A stretch of DNA of 64,000 bases from an uncultured Verrucomicrobiota bacterium (GTDB lineage: Bacteria; Verrucomicrobiota; Kiritimatiellia; CAIQIC01; Lenti-01): the NCBI GenBank assembly GCA_937872095.1, contig CALMNW010000034.1:20107-84106 (forward strand), read 5' to 3'. Positions 1 to 10,371 of the stretch are shown one piece after another. Position 1 is the stretch's first letter. Each line of letters starts with the position of its first letter. A program made the translations under genes and the position numbers. The notes under the pieces were generated by a model, which saw nothing but the letters and a program-made list of their open reading frames with translations, searched no databases and was not told the origin of the DNA.

Positions 1-1
1 G

Positions 2-475
2 CGGCGTCGGCCCGATCTGCTCTACTACTTTTTCGGCGATGGTTTCTTGCGGCGGCTGTTTCCGCGCAACCGCTGGCGCCGCCGCCATTTTTACGAGGGC
101 GAATACGCCTACGACGTGCCCAGGGAAGTGGACGTCCTGTCGGGGTCTTGTTTGTTGGTCAGGAGCGCGGCGCTCGCTCAAATCGGATTGCTGGACGAAA
201 ACACGTTCCTCTATCTGGAGGAATTCATCTTGCACGAGAAGATGCGGGCGGCGGGGTGGGCGCAGGCCATCGTGCCGGCAAGCGTCGTCGTCCACAAGGG
301 GGGCTGCTCCACGGGACAGGCGGTTCCGGAACGCATCCGACAGGCCAAGCAAGAAAGTCGCCGCTACTATCTGACGCGCTACCGGCATTGCGGGCCCGTG
401 CTCGTCTGGCTCGTTGAATTGGCGCGGATTCGGCCACCCGTCTTTCTGCGGCGCTGCCGGGGACCGAGCCGATGA
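2..475 (+). CDS. Glycosyltransferase family 2 (WbbL/RfbF-like), 5'-truncated by the window edge
   Basis: C-terminal GT2 motifs VDVLSGSCLLVR, IGLLDENTFLYLEE and VVHKGGCS; frame open from position 2. Confidence 0.8.
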   Translation, partial: RRRPDLLYYFFGDGFLRRLFPRNRWRRRHFYEGEYAYDVPREVDVLSGSCLLVRSAALAQIGLLDENTFLYLEEFILHEKMRAAGWAQAIVPASVVVHKGGCSTGQAVPERIRQAKQESRRYYLTRYRHCGPVLVWLVELARIRPPVFLRRCRGPSR

Positions 476-1812
476 GAACCGGCCTGCGCAAAAACGATCC
501 GGCCTCTGCGGAGCGGAAATGGTCGCGGTTGGCCGCGATCTGGTCGATCTACTATTTTACCGCTTGGACGCTGGGGCAGAACGATCGCTATACGTGGAGC
601 ATCATTTGGCTCGGGGCGGCCGCCGTCGGACTGTTTACCGTGCCGCTGTTCGCCAAATACATACGATTCAGGGATCTTCCCCGGGAAGGGGTGTTGCTGG
701 GGGCGTTCGTCCTTTGGGCGCTGACGGGACTGTTCGTTGCCACGGACATGACGATGTTCAGCCGCTGCTTGAAACTGATGATCGAACTGAGCTTGATCGT
801 GCTGGCGGTTTCGGTGATCTTGAAATATTCGGGCGCGGCGAAGTGGTTATACCTCGCCTTCTGGGGCGTGGGCGTGGTGCGGGTGCTCTATGGCTCGGAG
901 CCTGTCAGCATGGAGCGGATCACGGGCACGGAAGTGGTTTCGCGCATCGATTACGCCAACACGATCGGCTTTTTGTGCACGCTGGGGGTTCTCGGCATGT
1001 TCGCATTTTGGGGGGAGACGAAGAAATGGTGGCTCCGCGCGGCGCTGGTGGCGGGCGGCGCCTTCGCCCTGTACGGCGTGGTGTTGTCGGCGTCGCGCGG
1101 CGCCTTCGTCACCTTGATCGCCATCGTGCTGCTGTGGCCGGCCATGTGTCTGGTGGGGGCGTCCAAGTCCAAGCTCAAAGCGCTCGTCGCCGCCGTCGTG
1201 CTGTTGTATCTCGCCTATGGGATTTACCAATTCATCGTCCAGGAAACCTACATGGGCGTTCGCTACACGAATGCGACGCGAATGGAAGACGGCAGCACGC
1301 AGACGCGCTTCGATCTGGTCATGATCGGATTCCACTTGTTCGTCCAAAATCCGCTTTTCGGTTGCGGTCTCGGACAGTTTGGCGTTGCGTCTGGCACGGG
1401 GCTCTACGCCCACAACGAGGTGGCCGAAATCGCGGCCACGACGGGTTTGCCCGGCCTGCTGCTCTATTATTCGGTGTATTGGATCGCCTGGAGGAGGTTG
1501 ACCCGGAGCCTGGGCTGCCTACAAGATCCTCTGTTCCGCTACCGCATCAATGTAGCGCGGATGTCGCTGTTGATCCTGCTGATTTCGGGAGCGCTGACCC
1601 GCCCGAATTTCTTTGCGCAAAACACGATGTTCTTGCTAGGCATGGCGGTGGGCATGGCGCATTGGGCCGAACGCATGGCCCGGTTGGCCTGCCGAGGCCC
1701 GTTGCCGTCGCCCCGGGCGTTTCCATGCGTTATGCCGGCGCCAGGCTGGGGGGCACCGGTCTCGCTGCCGCCGCCCATTGCGGTTTCGCCGTCAAACCCT
1801 TATCCTGCATAA
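472..1812 (+). CDS. O-antigen ligase / Wzy polymerase family membrane protein
   Basis: Many TM helices; SASRGA motif; NPLFGCGLGQF...YAHN signature; ATGA overlap with upstream gene. Confidence 0.8.
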   Translation: MRTGLRKNDPASAERKWSRLAAIWSIYYFTAWTLGQNDRYTWSIIWLGAAAVGLFTVPLFAKYIRFRDLPREGVLLGAFVLWALTGLFVATDMTMFSRCLKLMIELSLIVLAVSVILKYSGAAKWLYLAFWGVGVVRVLYGSEPVSMERITGTEVVSRIDYANTIGFLCTLGVLGMFAFWGETKKWWLRAALVAGGAFALYGVVLSASRGAFVTLIAIVLLWPAMCLVGASKSKLKALVAAVVLLYLAYGIYQFIVQETYMGVRYTNATRMEDGSTQTRFDLVMIGFHLFVQNPLFGCGLGQFGVASGTGLYAHNEVAEIAATTGLPGLLLYYSVYWIAWRRLTRSLGCLQDPLFRYRINVARMSLLILLISGALTRPNFFAQNTMFLLGMAVGMAHWAERMARLACRGPLPSPRAFPCVMPAPGWGAPVSLPPPIAVSPSNPYPA

Positions 1813-1815
1813 ACC

Positions 1816-3879
1816 ATGGGAAGCGGAGTGAAAACGATCGCGAAGAAAGCCAGCCTGGTTCTACCGGCTTCCGCGCGCCTTGCGGCCCGGAAGTGGCTGG
1901 AGGCACGCGCCCTGCGCGCCCGGCATCGGGCCGTGGCCGACCAGCTGGTGCGCGCGGCGATGGACGTATCGGCCCGTTGCCTGGAAAATGTCCGCACGCG
2001 GGAGGATTGGGAACGGCAACGGCCCATCTTGCGCCGCCAATTGGCGTTCATGCTGGGTCTCGATCCCTTGCCGGAGCGGATGCCGCTGGCGCCTCGCCTC
2101 GTCGGGACGTTGGAACATCCCGGCTATCGCGTCGAGAAGCTGGTGTTCCAGTTCCTGCCCGGCCTGCAGATCGCCGGGAACTTCTATCTTCCCAAAGGGG
2201 TGCCGAGGCCCGTTCCGTGCATCCTCTATCTGTGCGGGCATCGCACCCATCCCCGCGGGGCCAAGACCCAATACCAGGACCGGTTCCTTTGGTATCCGGC
2301 CCATGGGTTCGCTTGCTTGGTCCTGGATTCGCTCAATTGCGGTGAAGTGCCCGGCTGGCACCACGGGACCCAGAACCAAAATCGCTGGGATTGGCTTTCG
2401 TTGGGCTATACGCCCGCGGGCGTGGAAGTCTGGAATGCCATGCGGGCCTTGGATTATCTCGAAAGCCGACCCGAAGTGGATGGCCAGCAAATCGGCGCGA
2501 CGGGCATTTCGGGCGGCGGCATCATGACGACGCTGCTGGCGGCGCTCGACGAACGCATTCGGGCGGCGGCGCCATCCTGTTCGGCCTATGCCGTCGGCGA
2601 CCAGGCGGTGCGCTCCTTGATCGATCGGCAATGCGATTGCACGTTCTATCCCAATTTTCACCAAATGGATTTTCCGGCCGTGGCCGCCTTGGTGGCGCCG
2701 CGCCCGCTATTGATCACCGCAGGTCGCAAAGATCCCATCTTTCCGCCTTCCGGATCGCGGGAAGTCTGCCGCAAGGCCAAGCGCATCTTCGACCTCTGCG
2801 GCGCGGGCGACCATGTCCGTTCGGTCGAATCCAACGAGGGGCATACCGACCCGCCGCTGTTTCTGCGGGAATCGCGCCAATGGATGTGCCGGTGGCTGCA
2901 TCCGGCTCCGGAGACAGTGCTGCCCGCCGCGGCGGACGAACCGCCGGCTCCCGAGCCCGCGGAGGCGCTGGCGTGTTTCGCTTCGCCGCCGCGCGAATCG
3001 GCCAACTACGACGTCCACGAGCGTTTCATTCGCCCGGCGATTCCGAGCCTGCCGGCTTCGCCGGCCGAATGGGAAATCCGGAAATCGCAAATCGCGGACG
3101 GGTTGAACGCCACTTCGTTCGCTTGGTTCCCGGCCGATCCGCCGCCGGTCGCGGCCCGACGGCTCCCCGGATCGAAATCGAAATTGGGCGGATGCGAAGG
3201 ATTTGCCCGGTGCGGCGAATGGCTGCTGGAAACCGAGCCGGGCGTTTCCGTGCACGTGTTCCGCTACGAACCGGCGATTCCGCCCAAGGACGATTCCTTG
3301 CTGATGGTGATCCGCCGGCCCGGCGATCTCCCCGGCGTGCTGGACGACGAATGGCTGCCGTTGCTGGAAAGCCGCCGCATCGTCGTGATGCATCCGCGCT
3401 GGGGCGAATCGACCCTTTCGTCCGCCGACCATGCCCGCCTGGAACGCACGGCGGCGTTGAGCGGCCGGACCTTGGCCGCCCTGCAGGTGTGGGACGTTCT
3501 GCGGACGCTGGAATGGGCGCTTGGCGATACTCCGGGTGCGGCGGAATCGATCGCCGTCTATGGGCGGGGCGAAGCGGGGATCATCGGACTTCATGCGGCT
3601 CGGTTGATGCCGGCGGTCGACCAGGTCGTCTTGCGCGATCCGCCCGATTCGCATCGGTCGGGACCGGCCTTGCTGGCGGTGTTGCGCACGACGGACCTTG
3701 CCGAAGTGGCGGCCGCGTTCGCGCCGCGAACGCTCACGTGGCTGACCGTCCCGTCTCCGGCATACGATTTCACCCGGCAGGTGTATCGCCTTTGCGGCGC
3801 GGAAAGCCGATTCCGCCGGGTATCGTCCTTGGCGGCCGCCTTGTCGGTCGATCCGGCAGCTTCCGGAGCGGAGCCATGA
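1816..3879 (+). CDS. Alpha/beta-hydrolase (acetylxylan esterase / CE7-like) with two hydrolase modules
   Basis: GISGGG nucleophile elbow; RALDYLESRPEVD; ALVAPRPLLI; second degenerate module (VWDVLRTLEW...AAFAPR). Confidence 0.7.
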   Translation: MGSGVKTIAKKASLVLPASARLAARKWLEARALRARHRAVADQLVRAAMDVSARCLENVRTREDWERQRPILRRQLAFMLGLDPLPERMPLAPRLVGTLEHPGYRVEKLVFQFLPGLQIAGNFYLPKGVPRPVPCILYLCGHRTHPRGAKTQYQDRFLWYPAHGFACLVLDSLNCGEVPGWHHGTQNQNRWDWLSLGYTPAGVEVWNAMRALDYLESRPEVDGQQIGATGISGGGIMTTLLAALDERIRAAAPSCSAYAVGDQAVRSLIDRQCDCTFYPNFHQMDFPAVAALVAPRPLLITAGRKDPIFPPSGSREVCRKAKRIFDLCGAGDHVRSVESNEGHTDPPLFLRESRQWMCRWLHPAPETVLPAAADEPPAPEPAEALACFASPPRESANYDVHERFIRPAIPSLPASPAEWEIRKSQIADGLNATSFAWFPADPPPVAARRLPGSKSKLGGCEGFARCGEWLLETEPGVSVHVFRYEPAIPPKDDSLLMVIRRPGDLPGVLDDEWLPLLESRRIVVMHPRWGESTLSSADHARLERTAALSGRTLAALQVWDVLRTLEWALGDTPGAAESIAVYGRGEAGIIGLHAARLMPAVDQVVLRDPPDSHRSGPALLAVLRTTDLAEVAAAFAPRTLTWLTVPSPAYDFTRQVYRLCGAESRFRRVSSLAAALSVDPAASGAEP

Positions 3880-4772
3880 GCCGGGCGTTGTCGGAACAGG
3901 AATACGTGGAGCAGAATCCGCAGCTGTTCCGGCGCTTGCATTTCCACGACGGCGTCTGGTGGGACCAGATCTATCCCGGTTTCGCCCGTCCGGCCTTCAA
4001 GTTTCGCGCCCTGGTTCCGCGGACGGTTCGGCCCGCCCGTTCGCAGTCTTGGCTGGGCTACAGCCATTTCGTGTCGGAAACGGGCCAGGGCAACGGCGCG
4101 GTCCGCTACATGGTGTTGGCCGGCGACGATCTCCGCGATTTCGGGATGGCGCGCTTGGACTCCAAGAAACGCAATCAGGTCCGGAAGGGCTTGAAATGCT
4201 GCGAAGTGCGGGACATGTCGGATCTAGAAAGTTGCCTGGAGGATGCGCGGGAGGTGTGCGTCAGCCATGCGCAGCGCGGAGCCTCCTCCCGGAAAGCCTT
4301 TCACGCCTCGCCCGACTTCTTCCGGAATCAAGCGGACACATGGCGCATGCAGATGCGGCGCGATTTCGCCGGCGGCGGCCGAAGCTGGTACGGCGCTTGG
4401 CACGAAGGGCGGTTGATCGCCTATCTGGTCACGCTCCAGGTGGAAGACACGGTCTTGGTCGAAAAGATGAAACTGCACACGGACTTCTTGGCGTTCTGCC
4501 CTTCGGACGCGCTGTACTTCCACGTGTTGTCGCGGATTGCGCAGGATTCCGCTTGCCTGCGGGTCATCAATTCTTCGCCCCAGCGCCCGGGGTTGGATCG
4601 TTTCAAGGAACAGTTTCTCTTCAAGGCGACGCCGCTGCCCCAGTACGTGTCGAATCCCGCCGCCTATCGGCTGGCCATGCGGGCGATGGCGCTGCGGAAT
4701 AAATGGGTGGAATTCCGCCGGGCCCGCCGGGAGCAGCAGGCGGCCGCCGGCATCGCCGAGGATGTACCATGA
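3876..4772 (+). CDS. GNAT/FemAB-like acyltransferase (BioF2-like)
   Basis: ATG 3876 overlaps upstream TGA; KKRNQVRKGLK and GLDRFKEQF motifs typical of Fem/GNAT proteins in EPS loci. Confidence 0.65.
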   Translation: MSRALSEQEYVEQNPQLFRRLHFHDGVWWDQIYPGFARPAFKFRALVPRTVRPARSQSWLGYSHFVSETGQGNGAVRYMVLAGDDLRDFGMARLDSKKRNQVRKGLKCCEVRDMSDLESCLEDAREVCVSHAQRGASSRKAFHASPDFFRNQADTWRMQMRRDFAGGGRSWYGAWHEGRLIAYLVTLQVEDTVLVEKMKLHTDFLAFCPSDALYFHVLSRIAQDSACLRVINSSPQRPGLDRFKEQFLFKATPLPQYVSNPAAYRLAMRAMALRNKWVEFRRARREQQAAAGIAEDVP

Positions 4773-5920
4773 GCGGCAGGAACGACCGCGGCGCGACGGC
4801 GGTGGTGTGCGGCAACCACATCAACGCCCACACGCTCGTCCGCAATCTCGAGCGGATCGGCTGGCCGGGGCGGATCGTTCTGCTGCGGCACGAGTCGGAA
4901 GGGGAGGGTTTGGCCGTTTGCCTGAACCCGCAAGTGGAGCATTGGGCCCTGGCCGTGCGGTCGTTGGCCGAGGTTCCGGCCTTGATCGCGGAACGCTACG
5001 GACATGCCGGCGAAGTCGCGGTTTTGTTCACCGACGAACGCTATCATCCGGCTTTCGCCGCCTGGCGCCGGTCGCATCCGGATTCCCCTCTGCGGTTCCA
5101 TCTCGGATCCGAAGCGCACATGTCGGCGGTGCTGGATCGCTACGAGTTTTGCCGGTTCGTGCGCGAACGCGGTTTGGCGGACGCGCCTCGCACCTTGCGC
5201 GGCGACGAAGATCCGTTCGCGGCTTTCGGGGATGCGTTCATCGTGCGGCCGCGCCTGTCGTGGTTCGGAGTCGCGCAGCGCGAGCGGGTGAAACTCGTCC
5301 GGGGGCGGGCGGAGTTCCGGGCCGCGCTGGATTCCTACGCTGCGCGGGGATTGGCGCCGGCGGACTTGAGTTTCCAGGAATTGCTGAGCATCCGGAATCG
5401 GGACAACGTTTCCATCAGCGGCTGGTACGGGCCGACCGTCCGGCATTCGTATTGTTCCCGAAAAGTGCTGCAATATCCGCCGAAGACGGGCGGGGGCGAC
5501 GTCGTCGAACTGCTGGCGCCGCCGCCGGGCATCCGGGAGCAGGCGGAAGGTTTGCTGGCCGCGTTGGAATACGAAGGCCCGTTCGAGATGGAATTCGTCT
5601 ACGACGAAACGGCGGCCGGATTCAAGGTCACCGAAATCAATCCGCGCTTCTGGTTGCAGCAAGGCCTGATCGAAGCGGTTTCCGGGCGGGCCTTGCTGAG
5701 CACCTATCTGGGCCGGGCCCCGTTGCCGACGACGGCGGCGGAACGCAACCTGCGCTACTGGGTCAATCCGCTGTATGCGGCGTTCCGCGCGTTTCGGGGC
5801 GATCCGCGCGGCCTGTTCTATTGGAATTCTCCGCGCGCGTGGGCTCCGTTCGCGCTGCGCGAAGCCGTACGCTACGCCTGGCGGCACGCGCGCGGACAAA
5901 CCCGCCATGCGCAGGGATAG
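4769..5920 (+). CDS. ATP-grasp carboxylate-amine ligase (D-aspartate-ligase-like)
   Basis: ATG 4769 overlap; FQELL and GPFEMEF...FKVTEINPRFW ATP-grasp motifs. Confidence 0.7.
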   Translation: MSGRNDRGATAVVCGNHINAHTLVRNLERIGWPGRIVLLRHESEGEGLAVCLNPQVEHWALAVRSLAEVPALIAERYGHAGEVAVLFTDERYHPAFAAWRRSHPDSPLRFHLGSEAHMSAVLDRYEFCRFVRERGLADAPRTLRGDEDPFAAFGDAFIVRPRLSWFGVAQRERVKLVRGRAEFRAALDSYAARGLAPADLSFQELLSIRNRDNVSISGWYGPTVRHSYCSRKVLQYPPKTGGGDVVELLAPPPGIREQAEGLLAALEYEGPFEMEFVYDETAAGFKVTEINPRFWLQQGLIEAVSGRALLSTYLGRAPLPTTAAERNLRYWVNPLYAAFRAFRGDPRGLFYWNSPRAWAPFALREAVRYAWRHARGQTRHAQG

Positions 5921-8147
5921 GGCCTCGCGGATGTCCACGACGACGAACAGAAGCGAAATTCTCGAGCGGTTGCGCTGGAATCGCGTGGGCCGCGGCGTCT
6001 GGGACGCGCTGCGAACGGCGGCCGGTTGCGGGCTCCCGGCCAGCTGGGCCCAAGCCGCGATCCGCCGTCAGATCGCGCAAGACGTCTATGGTTGCCGGGA
6101 GGAAGAGGTTTTCCTCTATAAAAGCGGCCGCGCGGCGCTGTGCGGCCTCATGGAAGGTCTCAAATCCGCCGATTCCGCGCGTCGAACGGCCTTCGTGCCG
6201 GACTACGTGTGCAACGTCGTTGGCGGCGCCTGCCGGGCCGCGGGATTCGAGGTGGTGGAATATCCCACCGACGCCCGCTGCCGGCCGGATTGGCCGGGGC
6301 TCGAAGAACGCGTTCGGCGCGAAACGGCGCCGGTCGTGGTGCTGTGTTCCCTGTTCGGTTCCATGCCGGCGTCGGCGCCGGAAGTCGAAACGCTGGAACG
6401 GGCGAATCCGCGGGTGTTTTTCGTGGCGGACGAATGCCAAAACCTCGTGCCCGACTCGCCGGTGAAGCCTCGAAGCAATCAGGCGGTGGTGTTCAGTTTC
6501 AACGACAAGACCTGTCCCGGCGTCATGGGCGGCGGACTGGCTTGTTTGGCGGAATCCGGAGTGGCGCCGGTCTTCGCCCGCGCGCCGTTCGTCCGTCGCG
6601 CCTTGTGCTCCGTCGCGCTGGCTTACCGCTGGTTGTCCGGAATGCTCCGTAGCGGGTTCCAAGCGATCCGGCTGGCGACGGGGAGAGGGAGGCGCCATGC
6701 GGTGCCGGCGGCCCCGGAATATTCGACCTGCTTGCGCCCGCACTACGATCTGGCCCCGGAACCCATTTATCGGCTCTCGGCGGCGCGCGCGCGGGTCAGT
6801 TTGCCCGCGCTGGACGAGTATCGCCGCATGCGCATGGAAAATGCGCTCGCGTTTCAGGCCGGATGGGGCGTCGATTCCGCCGCGGCGCAGGCGGGGGCAC
6901 CGTACTTGCCCATGCCGGGTGCGCCGGCGGCCGGGCGTTGTCCCGCACCTGTCAAGGCCGTCTACGGCCGCACGGCGCATGCGGCGATTCCCGGCCGTCC
7001 GCCGGCCATGATCGTCAATCTGCCTTATGTGCGCTACGAAGTCCGTCCCGCGGCGGTGGCCCAATTGACCAGCCGGCACGCGATCACGGACAACCGCATC
7101 TTGCATTGCATGGCCCGCACGGCCGCGGCGCACGGCTATCGCAGCCTGATCATCGGCCCCGCCGAACAAGACGGCGCGTTCGAGACGGTCGAACTGAAAG
7201 CCTGTCCCGTTCTGGCCGGCGGCCGGCGGCCGGCGCATCCACGGATTCTGGCCCGCCTGTTTGTCGGCGCGCTCCGCAGCGGCGTGCGGACGTTCCATAT
7301 CCACGATCCCGATTTTCTGCCCGTGGCGCTGCTGCTGAAACTCTGCGGCCGCCGCATCGTCTACGACGTCCACGACGACTACCAAGCCAGTTTCCAGGAT
7401 CGTTTCCGGAACCGGCCTTGGTTGCGGAGCTGGTTCCCGGCGCTCTGGTGGGCGTTCGAAAAAGGCGCGGCGCGCGCATTCGACGGCGTCGTGACCGCGG
7501 ACCAGCACCTGGCGCGAAAATTCGACGGTTGCCGGCCCGTCATCTTGCGGAATTATCCGCGGCTGGATTTCACGCCGCCGGCTGCCGCGGAAGGCGAGCC
7601 CACCTTCAATCTCGTCTACGTCGGGGGCGTCAGCCGCGAGCGCGGCATCGGCATGGCGTTGGAAGCGTTGCGGCGGTTGCCGCAACCCGAGTTGCGCTTG
7701 CACGTGGTCGGCACCGGCCGGGAACCGGACCTGTTGGCGGAACTGCAGGCGGAGCCGCGGGTCGTGGTGCATGGCCGCGTGGCGTGGACCGACCTGCACC
7801 GGATCTACGTCAAATCGCACGTCGGCCTTGCGCTCTATCAGCCCCTGGCCGGTTTCGTGACGATCGACCACTCGGTCAAGATCGTGGAATACATGGCCGC
7901 CGGCCTGCCAATCCTGTGCGCCGACTTCCCGGGCCTGAAGAAATTCATCGAGGATTCCGGCTGCGGCTGGACGGTGGCGTCCGACGATCCGGCGGCCATC
8001 GCCGCCAAGCTGGAAGCCTTGATGGCGGATGCGGACCTGCGCCGCCGCATGGGGGCGACGGGGCGACGTTTGTTCGAGACGGAATACAACTGGGATCGCC
8101 ACGAGGGGCAACTCGTGGAGTTGTATGAAAAGGTTTGCGACGCATGA
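5907..8147 (+). CDS. Fusion of a PLP-dependent (DegT-like) aminotransferase-like domain and a GT4 glycosyltransferase
   Basis: N-half SGRAAL, VPDYVCNVV, VADECQ, FSFNDK; C-half LTSRHAITDNRI, HIHDPD, YDVHDDY, KIVEYMAAGLP; start could be 5907 or 5931. Confidence 0.65.
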   Translation: MRRDRASRMSTTTNRSEILERLRWNRVGRGVWDALRTAAGCGLPASWAQAAIRRQIAQDVYGCREEEVFLYKSGRAALCGLMEGLKSADSARRTAFVPDYVCNVVGGACRAAGFEVVEYPTDARCRPDWPGLEERVRRETAPVVVLCSLFGSMPASAPEVETLERANPRVFFVADECQNLVPDSPVKPRSNQAVVFSFNDKTCPGVMGGGLACLAESGVAPVFARAPFVRRALCSVALAYRWLSGMLRSGFQAIRLATGRGRRHAVPAAPEYSTCLRPHYDLAPEPIYRLSAARARVSLPALDEYRRMRMENALAFQAGWGVDSAAAQAGAPYLPMPGAPAAGRCPAPVKAVYGRTAHAAIPGRPPAMIVNLPYVRYEVRPAAVAQLTSRHAITDNRILHCMARTAAAHGYRSLIIGPAEQDGAFETVELKACPVLAGGRRPAHPRILARLFVGALRSGVRTFHIHDPDFLPVALLLKLCGRRIVYDVHDDYQASFQDRFRNRPWLRSWFPALWWAFEKGAARAFDGVVTADQHLARKFDGCRPVILRNYPRLDFTPPAAAEGEPTFNLVYVGGVSRERGIGMALEALRRLPQPELRLHVVGTGREPDLLAELQAEPRVVVHGRVAWTDLHRIYVKSHVGLALYQPLAGFVTIDHSVKIVEYMAAGLPILCADFPGLKKFIEDSGCGWTVASDDPAAIAAKLEALMADADLRRRMGATGRRLFETEYNWDRHEGQLVELYEKVCDA

Positions 8148-9337
8148 GTGGCGAACGTCCAGCGTTTCCCGCGCATTTGGCGGTGGTCACCAGCGGATAT
8201 CCCGCGCCGGCGTGTCCGACTTCCGGGATGTTCGTCCGGCAATTCGCCCATGCCGTGGCCCGGCAGGGCGTCGCCTGCACCGTGATCCATCCCGTCGCGC
8301 TCCATCATGCCTGGCGCGGTTCCGGCTATCCTTCCCAAGAACGGGAAGACGCGGGGAATGGCCAAACCGTCGCGGTGCATCGCCCGCGGTTTCTGTCCTT
8401 GTCCGCTCGCGACGCCTTTTCCGGTTGGGGGCCGTTGAATCCATCTTTGTGGACGTTCAGCCGCTTCGCGGCGGCCGCCCGGCGCGTCTTGGAACGCTTG
8501 CCGTTGCCGCCCGACGCTTTGTACGGGCATTTTCTCTATTTGTCGGGCGCGGCGGCGGTCCGGGCGGGACGGGAAATGGGCATTCCGGCGTTCCCATGCA
8601 TGGGCGAAGGAGAGCTCTGGACCGTCCGGCGTTTCGGCTTGGCGCGGGCCCAGGCCGATTTGGCGCCGGCCACCGGATTCCTCGCCAATTCGTCGGCGTT
8701 GAAACGGATGTTGATTCGGGAACTGGATCTTCCGGCCGAAAAGATCGGCGTATTCCCCAACGGCACCAATTTGGCCGCTTTCCAGCCGATGGACAGGCCC
8801 GCCGCGCGGGCGCAATTGGGCTTGCCGCCGGATCGGTTCCTCGTGGGCGCCGCTGGCAATTTCCTGGAGAAAAAAGGGATCGTGCGGGTGGGGACGGCCA
8901 TCGAAGGACTCGAAGGGGTCTCCGGCGTATTCGCCGGTTCCGGCCCCGTGCCGCCGACGGCCTCCAACATGGCGCTGTGCCGCCGGGTATCCCATGAGGA
9001 AATGCCGGTTCTGCTCTCCGCCTGCGACGTGTTCGTGCTGCCGACCCTGATCGAAGGTTCGTGCAATGCTTTGGTGGAAGCCATGGCCTGCGGCCTGCCG
9101 ATCGTCAGTTCCACGGGCGAATTCAACGACGACGTGCTGGACGAAAACATGTCCATCCGCATCGATCCGCTGGACGTGGCGGCCATCCGGGCGGCCATCG
9201 TCCGCTTGCGCGACGATCCGGAATTGCGCGCGCGCATGGCGGCGGAAGCGCTGCGGCGATCCAAGCTGTTCGACGTCGACGATCGCGCGCGACGCATGCT
9301 GGCCTTCATGGCCGAACGTCGGACGGCAGTCTCATGA
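8144..9337 (+). CDS. Glycosyltransferase family 4 (TuaC-like)
   Basis: VVTSGYP...SGMFV; ACDVFVLPTLIEGSCNALVEAMACGLP. Confidence 0.85.
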   Translation: MSGERPAFPAHLAVVTSGYPAPACPTSGMFVRQFAHAVARQGVACTVIHPVALHHAWRGSGYPSQEREDAGNGQTVAVHRPRFLSLSARDAFSGWGPLNPSLWTFSRFAAAARRVLERLPLPPDALYGHFLYLSGAAAVRAGREMGIPAFPCMGEGELWTVRRFGLARAQADLAPATGFLANSSALKRMLIRELDLPAEKIGVFPNGTNLAAFQPMDRPAARAQLGLPPDRFLVGAAGNFLEKKGIVRVGTAIEGLEGVSGVFAGSGPVPPTASNMALCRRVSHEEMPVLLSACDVFVLPTLIEGSCNALVEAMACGLPIVSSTGEFNDDVLDENMSIRIDPLDVAAIRAAIVRLRDDPELRARMAAEALRRSKLFDVDDRARRMLAFMAERRTAVS

Positions 9338-10371
9338 CGAAGGTTTCCTCCATTTCATTTCAGGATCTGCTGGATTCCAACGGTTTGGCGCGGGGGTTGG
9401 CGATGTTGACCGTGGTGGCCTGCCACTTGCCCTTCGTGCATGCCTTCTGGAAACCGTTGGCGACGTTCGCCAGCGCCGGCAAACTGGCGGTTTCGGTCTT
9501 TCTGTTTTCGTCCGGTTTCGTGCTGCAAGTCCAGTCGAACCGGACGGGCGGAGCGCTCCAGGCGTTGCCGTGGCTGAAACGGCGACTGTGGCGGATCTAT
9601 CCCGTCTACTGGGTCGGCGTGGCGCTTGCGGTCGCTAGCGCCTGGGCGTTTCGCGGCAAGACCTACGACGTCGGCACGCTGGCGGCGAACGTGCTGGGCA
9701 TTCCGCTGCTGGTGGGGAAAAAGGTGGTTTCCGCGGGCTATACGGTGCCGTTCTGGTTCATTTCGGTTTTGCTGTTGTGCTATGGGTTGTTTCTGTTCGT
9801 CCACCGGGTGCGGCGCAAGGCGATCTTGGTGCTGGGCGCCGGAATCGCGTCCGCCATCGCGTTGCGCACGGGCGCGGTCATGGAAGCGGCGGCTCTGGCG
9901 TTTCCGTCGTTTTTCATGGGCATGGCGCTGGCCGATCGCTGGCGGGACAACGAATCGGCTACGGTCGACGCGCGTTTCCACGCCGCGTTGTTCGTGCCGC
10001 TGCTGCTGGCCTTGGCGTTCGTGTTCAAGGGCACCCGTTTCTTCCATCTGGACGCCGGCTGGTCTTTTGGATTCGCGCTGGCGGGCTGCGCGGGCTTGAC
10101 CGTGATCCCTTGGCCGTTGCTGGTGCTGATCGCCAGCTTTCAAAAAGCCTTGGCGCGGCGCGCGCCGGCGGCGTTGCGCGTGCTGCTATGGTTTTCGGGA
10201 CTCGCGTTCGCCGTGTATTGCATTCATGAACCGTTGTTGCGGGTGCTGGAAAAAAGCACGGGCGCAGGGCATCCTTGGATCGGTTTGCTGGGATATGCGT
10301 TCGCGACGTTGGCCGCGGCGTGGGCGGTGGATGCCGCGGAGCGGAAATGGAAAGGCAAGGTGGTGCGATGA
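9334..10371 (+). CDS. Acyltransferase family 3 (OafA-like membrane O-acyltransferase)
   Basis: RGLAMLTVVACH, VSVFLFSSGF, KRRLWRIYPVYW, FWFI, VYCIHEP; multiple TMs. Confidence 0.8.
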   Translation: MTKVSSISFQDLLDSNGLARGLAMLTVVACHLPFVHAFWKPLATFASAGKLAVSVFLFSSGFVLQVQSNRTGGALQALPWLKRRLWRIYPVYWVGVALAVASAWAFRGKTYDVGTLAANVLGIPLLVGKKVVSAGYTVPFWFISVLLLCYGLFLFVHRVRRKAILVLGAGIASAIALRTGAVMEAAALAFPSFFMGMALADRWRDNESATVDARFHAALFVPLLLALAFVFKGTRFFHLDAGWSFGFALAGCAGLTVIPWPLLVLIASFQKALARRAPAALRVLLWFSGLAFAVYCIHEPLLRVLEKSTGAGHPWIGLLGYAFATLAAAWAVDAAERKWKGKVVR

